From assembly GCA_002633005.1 (NCBI GenBank), contig NMRA01000304.1, positions 151,200 through 215,199 on the forward strand: a stretch of 64,000 nucleotides of DNA, written 5' to 3'. A program made the translations under genes and the position numbers. Source of the DNA: Phoronis australis. Its lineage: Eukaryota > Animalia > Phoronida. Position 1 is the stretch's first letter. Each line of letters starts with the position of its first letter. Below the pieces are notes generated by a model. That model did not search any database. It had not been told where the DNA came from and worked only from the letters and a program-made list of their open reading frames with translations. Below, one piece after another: positions 50,976 to 62,253 of the stretch.

Positions 50976-51266
50976 TGTGTTGGCACATGATATATTATGT
51001 CGGTGAATGCTCATTGCGAAAATGAAGAGAACATAGTTATTCACGTCATTTTATTCCTGGATCTCTGATCGGACATATCCACCTTCACTGGAGGAAAACA
51101 CCTTTCTATAAATGCTGGCACCATTTGTTTTAAATTTCTCCACTATTGATTACAGATATATCCGATCAAAGATCCAGGGATAAAATTGAAAAGTTATGTG
51201 TGGCTACATGTTATCTTCATTTTCACAATAATCTTGTGTCAGTTATTACGCTGCGTGCCAACACAA
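50976..51266. mobile_element. ~290-bp palindromic (foldback/MITE) element
   Basis: TTGTGTTGGCAC/GTGCCAACACAA ends; ATTTTATTCCTGGATCTCTGATCGGACATATC pairs with GATATATCCGATCAAAGATCCAGGGATAAAAT. Confidence 0.75.
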
Positions 51267-51345
51267 GAAGGTGTGTTTTTCTGAACTGATGAGTGGACTC
51301 TGACGAAGCTAGAGTAAGAAAACATAAATGTTGCCTTTAACCGTA

Positions 51346-51795
51346 CAGTACAACCCAAAAGTATTCAGACAAAATGACTCGGAATCCCCAAATTCATCGT
51401 CGGAGTAATTTTCCCTCACGACTGAGAACAAAGGGGAATTAACGCAAAACTTAGGTGATTGAAGCCATTCTGTAATTAGAATATTGCCACCATAATAACA
51501 ACCACCAGATGGGGTTGCTGCTAGCAAAATAGTGTGACTCAATGGTTCGATGTGCGGGCTCCCACTTGGGAGACCTGGGTTCAAATGCTCGGCTTTACTG
51601 GCTGACAATCGAGCATTGCACAAAAGTGTCCCCTACTCCTTTGAGCTCGGCTTGTATGCAAGGGAGCGAATGAGAACCTGGATATAATGTGAAAGCGATT
51701 TCCGGGGCTGTGCTCGTATGTATTGTTGCTGCTGACAGAATTAGCTGTCATGTTGGGAAAACTGTATTTTGTCTGCATACTTTTGTCATATACTG
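51346..51795 (+). mobile_element. Tc1/mariner-type MITE copy B containing a SINE-like insert
   Basis: TA|CAGTACAACCCAAAAGTATTCAGACAAAATGAC ... TACTTTTGTCATATACTG|TA; homologous to 61993-62253. Confidence 0.75.
51523..51724 (+). mobile_element. Degenerate tRNA-derived SINE
   Basis: A box TGACTCAATGG (51535), B box GGTTCAAATGC (51578); flanking direct repeat GTTGCTGCT (51514 and 51725); absent from MITE copy C. Confidence 0.55.
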
Positions 51796-53172
51796 TAATT
51801 TTGTCATGTACTGCACTTGTATTAGAAAAAATCTGCTACCATTTTACACAAGCGTTAAGGGATATTAATATATGTTAAGGGATATTAACATATTTGTTGC
51901 CATAGATACCACATGTAAGCTCTATCCGCTTCCTTATTAGATTAGATGACTTAAGTTGCTCATCAATTATTGTGCTCGAACTTTTGGAAAAACTGATCTT
52001 TTGAAACAGTGCTGGTTTTGTTAATGTGTGCCTCAATAGTTGGTGATAACATACTAAAGAGGGGGGAGGGGTGCATTCAGCCAGCACCCTTTCCTCACTG
52101 TGTCCCTATTATAGTGTAAAAAAATCGTCAGTTTGGTACACTATATGGTGGCCTGGTGAACTTTCATTTTGTCAAAATTTTCAACAAATATTATATACTT
52201 TTTAGGAAAATTTACTTTGCTTTAAGTATGGATGGTGTAATGCAGTTATCACCAAACAACATTTGGTAAAGTTTGAGCATTTGCAGCTATGTGGTAAGCC
52301 TCTGAAAAATAGAAATATCACAAATTTTACCTGTTATTTTTGTCTTTTTTACCGTACTTGAAAATGCGTCCTGTAACTGCCGGTAAATGAGATAGTCCTG
52401 ATCCACAATTGGATGCTAATTGTTTGTTGATTAGTGAAATAGAAATTAGAAAACAAACATCAATGAGAGATTCTTCTTGACAAAGGGCATTTTAATAAAA
52501 AATTCAAATTCTTTTGTTGTTTGTTAGTATCTCATTCTAGTAATACTTGAGCAAACGTACACTTAGCCAGATATTTCTATGGAGAAGCCCTCCGAACGGC
52601 TCAGTGGGCAACTGCCCCAGACACCAATTCTTTCATGTATCTTTCTTAACCCATTGATGATAGAGCCCAGCTCCCAATTACACAAACGGTTATGTTTATT
52701 GTGATAGTACTCCAGCATGAGAGCCCTTGACCCATACTAATTGATAACTTATCATAAAGGTTACATTCCAAAGTTATATTTACACAAACTTCACTCATGG
52801 TGTGACCAATCATTAGCTGGGCGAGTTGTTTCTGCACTTTACATTTTGGCAATCACTCAGCTTCAACGGGTCATCTTCCAAATTGTTTTCAGACTTCTTA
52901 TCTAATGTTCTAATGTTGACAAGTTTTGCTTAGGGTTTTTATCGGGTTTAGTGTTATAGCTTCCCTCCAGTTGTGTTAGAAAAAATTGTTACTTTCAAAT
53001 CTTGATTTCTAATTCATTTTTGCTCATTCTTGTTCTTGAATCACTTAATTCTTAGGTACAATTTTCTCTTTCCTTAACCTGTGTCAAACACATTGTGCTG
53101 AAACCAGATTTTGCCAAAATGTTCTGAACTAATTCAGCTTAATTCTGACAAATCGTTTTTTTGTTCTTCTAG

Positions 53173-53694
53173 GCTGTACAAGAGGAACTGAATAGCCGAC
53201 AGGCGGACATTGATGATCTGAACAAGAAAGCTGAAAATCTGCGTAGCCGTGGCGTGCCAGCCAACTTTGCACCAACGCTGCTCCAGTTGAACCGACGTTG
53301 GAAAGAGATACAAACGCATTTCACTCAGTTCCATCGACCCAGCGAGATGGACATAACCACAGCAACAGTTGACATGGAGACACAGGTGACACCATTGGAA
53401 GATATTTCAATACAGGAAACATCTGACCTCGCACTGTCCGAGCCTGTAGCCGAAGTGGACGGCATCGCCATGGAAACGTCCACGGAGGCGTTGACGGCGG
53501 AATCGCCCAAGGTGGAGACAAAATGGGTGACGGACATTAGCTCGAGCACAATCACGTTTTCTCACGCTCCTTCACAATTTGTGGAGGAGGTTAAACTGAT
53601 CATTGCTAACATCGAGCTGGCTCAACAGCAGTTGGATGGCGTGAAGCTGGAAAAGGATTACGAACAGGTTATGTGGAATGAGGAAATACTTAAG
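53173..53694 (+). CDS. Dys: Dystrophin exon (R15, long acidic linker, R16 start), AVQEELNSRQADIDDLNKKAE...RRWKEIQTHFTQFHR...EEILK
   Basis: ttcttctag acceptor, gtaaga donor, 522 nt open. Confidence 0.94.
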
Positions 53695-55060
53695 GTAAGA
53701 GAAAGTGTGATTTGTAGGTAATTAATGTAGTCGTTAGCAGCTCGTTCACTTCTAGAACTGTTTTGTTATTACGAATTGACCAGTTTAATTTAATAATATA
53801 TAAAAATTCAAAAGCATGCAAAACACTGTTAGTGGCAGATCCCACCTCTTTCCTGGTTAAGAGTGTTTCCAAACGGTACCTTTCACTATTATTTGATACG
53901 GCTGTTATTACAAAATTCTTTAACCCTACTCTGTTTTTTTTAAACCCTCTTGCAGCAGGAAAATTGTAGTTTTGTGGAGTTTTCAAAATGTCGAGTATCA
54001 ACTTAGATTAGACAAAATCTTGGTGGGGGATATGGCTAATCATGGATGACCCATTGCTATTATTACACTCATCATGAGGTTATGTTGGACCTTATCAACA
54101 AGTTTGTTTATTTAGTCTAGTATCTACAATACTGTAGAGTTTAATTCTTTAAAAATATTATTCTAAAATCAACAAGCCTGTATAATTTGATTTTCAACTT
54201 TTTACCAATATGCCATTGATTTGGTCATGTCTTTTAGTACAATTTATCAAAACAGAAAGTTACATTGATAGCAAATCAATGGTATCAATAACATGACCGA
54301 ATTTCATTTGATATAAATGTTCAAGATGAAATCTCAAAAATGCTGTTACAGTTTTCTAAATTATCATTTTGTTCTTTGTTTTATGCAACTTTTGACTTTT
54401 CTCATGATGATGATGATAAAAGTCCTATTTTTAGCCGCTCATGCAGCAGTGCAACATTTTAAAAACAATTCTTACGGTAACAGTGTTCTAGAGAACAGTG
54501 CATCAAGTTTCATATTAATCCAGTCAGCCATTTCTGAGATGTTATGTTCCAAAGTTAGTCAAAGTTGGACATTTTTCCAGATCCTGTGTAACACTTGTAC
54601 TTTCATCAGAGTGATGTTGTATTATTTGTGCTTACAATTCATGCATCCAACAAATGATATACACACACTGGTGGGTTGTCTCTTGTGCTTTAACGTTGAC
54701 TGTCCAATACTCATACTGTTCGGACAGTTAGGTCTAGGTTTTGTAAAAGTTTTACGCCAGACACCCAACGGCAAAGGCAATACGCGGGCATGATTTTCTC
54801 ATAGGGAGTATCTTTTGCTAAGTGTATTCTTGCGAAATTGGCCGGTCTATGCAAAATGATGTGAGTGACAGAGAAGAGTTTGATGATGCTGAGGGCTTTG
54901 CAAGCGTAGACTGGTATTATGGCCACCACTGAAGTGATTGGTCAGTGAGGGTAAACTGGCTATTTCTGTTAAGATTTTTGTCCTCCAAGTGCCTCGTGAG
55001 TCTTGCATTATACAATGCACCCCAGTTTAATTGTTGGTTTTAACAGTGATAGGCAGCAAG

Positions 55061-55530
55061 TAGCTATTTCAATCCAACGGAAACTGATCTCTGGGCCCGA
55101 TGTTTAATCTTTGTACTCGGAATCAAATTCAAAATTATTCTTGTCATTTTCTTGTCTGCAAATTCAACATAAGTGTCCATTATTCTGTGGTCGAATATGT
55201 TATGATTTTTCGTTATTAGTGTTGTGTCCTAGTTAGCACTCGATGACCCCTTGATTTGAGTAAAAGCTCAAAATTTTTAGTTGAGACTCAAACTTATAGC
55301 ATTAATGATGGGGTCATAAAGTGCAACCTAGGGTTAGACAGTCACATAAACCGTAGTGTACCCCAGCACAGAGTAGTAGACATTTATTTTGAATTTGCAC
55401 AAAAGTAGATCATAAAACACAAGTTATTTTCAAATTCAATTTCGAGTACAAAGATTATACCCTAGACCCTGATGAGATTAACTGACCTAATCGCTGTGGA
55501 ATTGTTGACAATTCAAATGAAAATAGCTAG
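55061..55530. mobile_element. ~470-bp imperfect palindrome (foldback element)
   Basis: Paired arms: TAGCTATTT/AAATAGCTA, AATCTTTGTACTCG/CGAGTACAAAGATT, TGCAAATTCAA/TTGAATTTGCA, ATGACCCC/GGGGTCAT. Confidence 0.75.
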
Positions 55531-56213
55531 AGACCGAAATGTTCAAATTAAAATGAAACTGAGACTTAAATTACAGTGATGCATAATGTCTGCAAGTGAC
55601 TCAACACCGCTCTGTAGTTAAATAAGAAGTTCTGTTTTGCTTTTGAATTTGGTGGTTTTTTATTTACCATAGACATTCTTTGTGGGTGGTTGCCTAAAAG
55701 CAAGCCAAACAGACATGTGTCTTTATTTTGTCTCAACACAATTGTCAAGCCCGTAACCAGAGTGATTGTCGCCCTAAAGCAGTTTCTGCTCTCTAGTTTG
55801 ATAGCGTATGCCGTCTGGTTTGATTTTGTGATAGGCTGCTAATTCGTTAGCCAATTTGCTTTTTCTATGACATGTACTTGTGTACCAAATAGTAGTGAAC
55901 TTGACTTACAACAACAAACTACAAGGGAGAAATATTAATTTTGGTTCACAATTAACTTGCATTTTACTCACAATTTGCTGATGAACTAATATACACAGTG
56001 TTTCGGCTTGCAGCAAGGTAGTTACAAGTCTGGTTGCAAAAATCAATGATTCTCTGACTAGTTTGTTACTGGGTAAATTTTTTTCCTGTGCCTGTCTGTG
56101 ACTGTTTGCATCAAAAATCCTCACCTGTATTTATGTCTTTCATTTTGCCATCATCATTTCCAAACATCCTTAATAGTTCTTCTGTTTTCATTGGGTCTTT
56201 ATTTCGTTGTCAG

Positions 56214-56386
56214 ACGATCAAACAAGTGCTGGACATTGTTCGGACGTCCGTGGACACTGCCGAGAGGGAGCACCTCAAGACGGTCAGCCTCTGTGACCAC
56301 GAGGAGGCGACTCGGGTCAAGAAAATCATGGAGAAGCTACGCGTCGACTGGACCAACATCAATAGGAACTACGCAGTGAAACATGG
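56214..56386 (+). CDS. Dys: Dystrophin exon (R16), TIKQVLDIVRTSVD...KLRVDWTNINRNYAVKH
   Basis: tgtcag acceptor, gtgagt donor, 173 nt (same size as human exon 43). Confidence 0.94.
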
Positions 56387-57414
56387 GTGAGTGTTTAGGG
56401 GATTACATAGTCGACAACAGGTGGCACTGATATATTGTAATTTTGTCAGTGGTGTGAATGACTGGTTTAATTCACGTTCTCTTGGCCTTCCATGGGTCGG
56501 CCGCATAAACAACCCAAAGCTTTCGATTTGGTTCATGAGCCGTATGTCATTGTTACCAAAAACCAACCAAATGTCTGTGCTGGTTATCCGATTGACCATG
56601 CAACCTTGCTCATTTTCATTTAAGTGCAGTAACCACTGTTCATAACATGTCAGCCATTTTGACAAGCAAAGTATTACCCGAATAATTCTTTTTAATTCTA
56701 TTGGCTGGTTTAGCATTAGTAGACTGGGCAAGTCATAATTTTTAATTCTGTTGGCTGGCTTAGCATTAGGAGGCGAGGCAAGTCACAGTTCTGAATGAAA
56801 TGCATGGTTGTAATTCCGAGTCTCTTTATGAATGAAAAGAATATCCCCTGAGCTGTGGTTTGAAATATGATCAGCGCAGCAATGTTTTGCTGTTATTGGT
56901 TGTTTCGCCCAGTATTACAATCATTGTTGAGCATAATTGTAGGTAGACTACGATCTCGTGCCCCGTGGGCCATTGGGATGTATAAAAAAATTCACAACAC
57001 TTTTGTTGTTGTAGAGATTGCTTCGAGGTTAATTTGAACACTTACGTAAGCATTCTAATTGTATCATTTTGTTCAAAGTCTGTTATGTTTCTATGCAGTG
57101 TATTAGGTGACTAAAACACTTATTCATCAGTAGAAAAAATCAAGTGCAGAATTACTTTTCTTCTTCACATGTGTTTTACTGGTGTTTTCTCTCAATAATA
57201 GCTTATTTGTTAACATTGTTAATGCCTGTTATTGATACAACACTGAAAAACCACATATCCTACCCTTCATTGTGACCAGTTTTCATTCAGATGGCAATTA
57301 GCATTGTTGTGCCTCTTTTTTCTATTTCTTCACCAAATGCTGCCAGCTACAACCATGGTTGTTTTTGTTGTTTGATATCGGACCAGGCCGTCAAAGAGCG
57401 TTATTTATTTTAAG

Positions 57415-57565
57415 CGACTGGAGCAATACCATGTCTCAGTGGACTCAACTGTACAGGGATATTGACACCATTACGGAGTGGATTGTAACGGCAGAGGAGA
57501 GTATCAGTGCTTCACGGCTAGCCGGCGGTCAACTGAATGTGGACTCGGCAAAAACTAGACAAAGG
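57415..57565 (+). CDS. Dys: Dystrophin exon (R17), DWSNTMSQWTQLYRDIDTITEWIVTAEE...KTRQR
   Basis: tttattttaag acceptor (phase 2 required), gtgaga donor, 151 nt. Confidence 0.88.
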
Positions 57566-58832
57566 GTGAGATATTGGACTATGTTTTGGCACTCTGATTT
57601 CACATACAATAGGCTATATTGTGAACAAATTATGGAAAATTATATAGGGTTGATAGCCTGTGACCTAATTCGTGTCTAAGGTAAGTGCTTCATGTTTTTC
57701 AGTCATTGCTTTGTATTCAAGGTCTGTGTTGTACGTTCGTTCATCATGCTTGATAGTTTTGACAGAAATTAATTAATTTGCACAATGGGTAAGAAGGCTA
57801 GTTTTTAGAAAAACAAGTTTTTTTACAGCTGATATTACTAGTGTTTTAAGGGAAAACAACATTTGGCCAATAGAAAATTTACAGATGGTGAAAGTTTCAG
57901 TATGTGCACTTCCAAATTTCAAAAAATTGAGGTGAAGTATTAGTTGGTCAACAAAAAGCTTTTAATATTCCTCTAGTTTGTTATTGATTCATTGCTATTT
58001 TCTTGGCCAGCAATATTGCTCTAAATGATATCTGCTGCAAGCTTGCAATGACATTTTTAATTGCCAGTCAGTTTTAGTATTTAGGTTTCTTAAAAAGTCA
58101 CTTAAATTCAGTTTGGCACATGACAATTTGCATGAAAAAAGTACAGATTTTCAAAATTCACCAAATAGAAAATTTGATATTGAAATTGTAGCAGTTGTGC
58201 CATTGACGTCAAAACAATTTTGTTATAACCTTTCATATCACCAAAGGTTTCTGAAATTCTGTAAGGGTTGATAATTAGTATTTCAATATCTGAATATCAT
58301 AATAGAGCGTTAGATAACATCAGAATACTTTTGGGATTTGGTAAGAGACTCGATTCTAGTTATTGCAAAATATGACATAATTTATGTAGAGAGCATCTGT
58401 GCAAAACAAATCTATCAATTTCTTCAATCAAAGTTTAAAAAATTACGGTAAAACAGAAAAAATGCATTTGTTGTAAAAGTGGTAATTATCTGAAATTGAG
58501 AGTCAAATGGTCCATCCAACCTGTTTCATAATTATTAGTAAACGGGCTCTTAAAGTGAATGCCCCATGCACTTTTCGTGGACATTAAGTAACTAGGGAAT
58601 GTTGTGTGAATGGAGCATTCAACTTGTGGGGAACTTTGGTATGATTATTTGTTATCATATTTGATGTTCTTGTTAATAAAAAATAAACTATTTGTCAGAA
58701 CTTTGGTGCTGAATCATTGGTACAGATCTGTAGAATAAATTACACATTAAAAACAGTGGTTCCATTAACGACATTAAGGCAATTTTCTCGTGTAAAAATG
58801 TTGTTGAATTATTAATCTATCATTATCTGCAG

Positions 58833-59002
58833 GACTTGGAAACGGGCGTGAAAAAGCACCAGAAAGTGATGGCTAGCGTTATTCAGTTAAGCAAAGAGCT
58901 GGGACAGGACTCTTCACTGAACACAAAGCTGACAGAGACACTGGAGAGTATAGGTCGGCGCTGGAGGGCTGTGTGTGCTGAGGTGGTGGAGCGTAAAGAT
59001 AG
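58833..59002 (+). CDS. Dys: Dystrophin exon (R17), DLETGVKKHQKVMASVIQLSKEL...RRWRAVCAEVVERKD
   Basis: tctgcag acceptor, gttagt donor, 170 nt, phase 0-2. Confidence 0.94.
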
Positions 59003-59034
59003 GTTAGTTGATGGTTATTATTATACCTGTTTGT

Positions 59035-60270
59035 ACCTGACGAATGCAGTAGAGAGTATGGGTTGGCGCTGGTTGGCAGTGTATGTCAAGATGGTGTGTC
59101 AAGTTTGTCTAGTGTCAGACAAATTTTCAAGACACAAAACAGAAGGAGTTAATTATATAATATATATTACCTCTTAAACGCACAAAACACACAAACTCAT
59201 AATAATGATTGCCGATACAAAAATTATTATAATTCACAAGGGTTTCGGTGTCTCTTTATGGTCCTGCACGTGCCACAACTTTGGCTTCTCAGCATCAGAA
59301 ATTTTTCCACTGCTTGGACAAATATTACGCCGCCCAGCTTGACCAGCCTCTTGCACTCATGGTTCAGTTGTGTGGTGATAAAACTTAATGGTCACCTAGA
59401 AATTACACAGGTTCAGTAAGAAGTAAGTCAACCGACTCAACAACCAACCATAGCATAACGTATTTTCGAATTATACCTAGAAGGAATGCTAAGGCACGTA
59501 ACGCTCGGGTAAATTAAACTGACTAGCACAACATATAAGTACCTGTACTAACAAATATTCGGTACAAAACACACTTACGTGTTCCTTAGCGTTTTGACTG
59601 GTATGAGCACCATGTGCTTCAAATATAAAGTAAGAGCGTGGCAAAGCACAACTGCCCTCTGCCCAAACTACCGGTAGACTACCAAGTAACGCGTGTATAC
59701 CAGCATAATCATGAATGCTACCTGCGCTTGCAAACGAGCACATTTGCATAACTATACAAAGGGGTTGGCTTAGTATAGACCAACTAACAATAGTAATCTC
59801 TTGATATTCAAATCATATGAAAATCACACCAAAATTGTGACATGGTGGAACGTAGAGTTAGGTGAGTTGATGGTTATTCTGAAAATTACTTAATACCTGT
59901 TGGCACCTGACGTACGCAATGGAGGATACAGGTTGGCGCTGGTGGGCAGTGTGTGCCGAGTTGGTGGGGCGAAAAGATAGGTGAGTTGATGGTTATTATG
60001 GCAGAGGTACATACCTATTTGCACTTATGGATGCACTGGATGGTATAAGTGCATGGTGGAGGATCGTTTGCATCGAGATGGTGGAGTCACTGTCAAAGGA
60101 CGGGTGAGGTCATCGTTTACCTGGGCAGGTACTTATGTGTGTACCTAACACTTCGGTATGTTGAAAGAGATGGCCCAGAGATGGTGGAGTGTTCAGACAG
60201 ATGAGTCAATAATGAACCTGTACAGGGTAGGTTCTTACCTGCTCGCACCTGGCAGAGACATTCAGGGAAG
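59035..60270 (+). repeat. Four to five degenerate ~120-bp copies of the preceding exon 3' end plus donor, interrupted by a solo LTR
   Basis: CTGAC...GGAG..TA.AGGT.GGCGCTGG..GGC.GTGTGTGC.GAG.TGGTGG.GCG.AAAGATAG|GT.AGTTGATGGTTATT repeated at ~59035, ~59905, ~60025 and ~60145. Confidence 0.88.
59097..59842. mobile_element. Probable solo LTR (746 bp)
   Basis: TGTCA...TGACA termini with a 5-bp target-site duplication TGGTG (59092-59096 and 59843-59847); removing it restores the exon-echo sequence. Confidence 0.75.
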
Positions 60271-60881
60271 ATATATTTTTTTTGAGTAGCAGGGAGTGTG
60301 TTCTGAAACGATCAATGCGAGTGTAGGTAAAATACACATGTAGGGAGGTGTTTAGTTACACGTGGGGTGGGATGTGGGTGGGCAATGGGATATGGGGTGG
60401 GGATGTGGGTTTGGGTGACGTTGAAGTGGTGGATGCGTACGAGTGTATGTCATAACGGACACTGAAGAGTAAGGGTCAGTAGATGAAGGCAACTTAGTTG
60501 TTGGAATATAAAGACAGGTAAGACAATATATGGCCTGGTGGATACCTGTACATTTATTGTATATTGAGGAAGACTTTGTGAAGAGTACAATGGTTGAAAA
60601 CCGTTCAATAAACCAAAGAGAAATTATTAGCAAAGGTGTGCCTGACTTGAAACTGAAGCTTCATTTTTGCTCGCATTTTGATGATTCTGTGGTTAGTAAT
60701 TGAAGATAGGTAAGATTTTATTAGCTTTTAGACAGTCATAATGATCTATACAAAATCATTGATATTAGTATTGTTGAGCATGTTTTGCATTCTATTGGCT
60801 CTCCTTATTTCAATCATTTCAGTCACTTGACTGTTATGAGCATGATCTTGTTAGGCTGCATGTCAATGTTGTCGTTAATAG

Positions 60882-60935
60882 ATTGTTGCTGACTGGACTC
60901 AGCCATGCCAAACACTGGACCAATAATACTAACAG
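60882..60935 (+). CDS. Candidate 54-nt cassette exon (LLLTGLSHAKHWTNNTNR) or internal first exon
   Basis: ttaatag|...AACAG|gtacat; phase 2-2 matches the host intron; no stop; TGCATG at 60857, ACTAAC at 60928 and 60959. Confidence 0.4.
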
Positions 60936-61992
60936 GTACATTTTCCTTACATGTCCCGACTAACGCTACACTCCTCCCCCTCCATGTGGCTACTAGCTAA
61001 ACAGTTCACGTGTGTTTGTGTTTCTGTCTAGTGTCTGCAACTTTTGACCTGACTCAGTGTCGGAGGGCTAGTGTCCAGTTGGAACCTGTATCAGTGTGTG
61101 TTTGATTTGCTCAAGTTATGCTGTTTTGTCATAGTGCCTGCTCTAGGCTTTGAGATTCTTGTGAAGAGCTTTCAGGCTTTATTATTTGACGTGTGGCTGT
61201 TATCCCATCAATTTAAGGTTTTGTAGGACCCTAGTAAAATGTTCAAATGTGGCTAACTTCGATACATTTTATCTCAGAAATGGCTTACAGGATTCAAACA
61301 TATCGTTCATATACTATGAAATGTTTTGCCATCTGTTTTCCAAGAAGTTTTTAGAAATTGTTTTTAATGTGCTCCACTTTTGTAAGAGAGGTGTTAAAAA
61401 GAAGTTAGTTATGACTTTTTATGACAAAAATCAAAAGCTGCATAAAACGACAACAAAATGATTGTTTAGAAAACTGTAACAGTGTTTTTTGAGAATTCAT
61501 CTTGAACTGTTTACCAAACAAAATTTGCTCGTGTTATTTCTGCAATAACTTTGCTATGAATGTACATTTCATTTTTGCTCAATTTTACTAAAAGATGATC
61601 ATGTGACCTAACGAATGGTAGATTAGTATGAAGTCAAAAATCTAACTCTACGTACTTCCTACTTTCAGAAAACATGCATATTTTTACCAGGTTAAATTTT
61701 ATAGTTTTGAATGTATTTGGATGAATATAGTCAGACTTGTTTATAAGCTTCAGTCTGCATAACAGTAATTTCATCACGCATCATATACCTACCTATTCCA
61801 GCTTCCTTGTGAAAAAACTTGTGTTGCTTTTTACCCTTGTCTTGTTCCGTGGTAAAGCTGAAAGCATGCTCTCAGACTTTTAGTTCTCCTCATGTCATAA
61901 TCCTTCTTTAGTTCAGAAATTAATAATTGCTCGGTAAATAGTGGTCCTAGTGTGGCGAGTTGGAATGTGTCAGTTAAAGTCTCGCTGTATAA

Positions 61993-62253
61993 CAGTACAA
62001 GCCAAAAGTATTCAGACAAAATGACCGGTAATATCCCGTCATGACGACTGGGTGGAAACCGAATTCGTCCTCATAACAGTTTTCTCTCGTGTCCGAGAAT
62101 GAAGGTGAATTAAGGACAGTTAGTGACGTGGCTAAGCCACTCTGTAATTAGCATTTTGCCACCTTATAGTCAATATCAGTCATTGTAGCTGTTAACAGAA
62201 TTAGCCGTCGTGACGGGGAAATCGTTTGTCTTGACTACTTTTGTCTTGTACTG
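61993..62253 (+). mobile_element. Tc1/mariner-type MITE copy C (uninterrupted, 261 bp)
   Basis: TIRs CAGTACAAGCCAAAAGTA / TACTTTTGTCTTGTACTG. Confidence 0.75.

Noticed and set aside
54317-54793. Longest non-exonic ORF (158 aa) and other intronic or antisense ORFs
   Set aside because: No recognisable domain and AT-rich intron-like composition; antisense ORFs simply mirror dystrophin exons. No nested gene or transposase/RT ORF was found.
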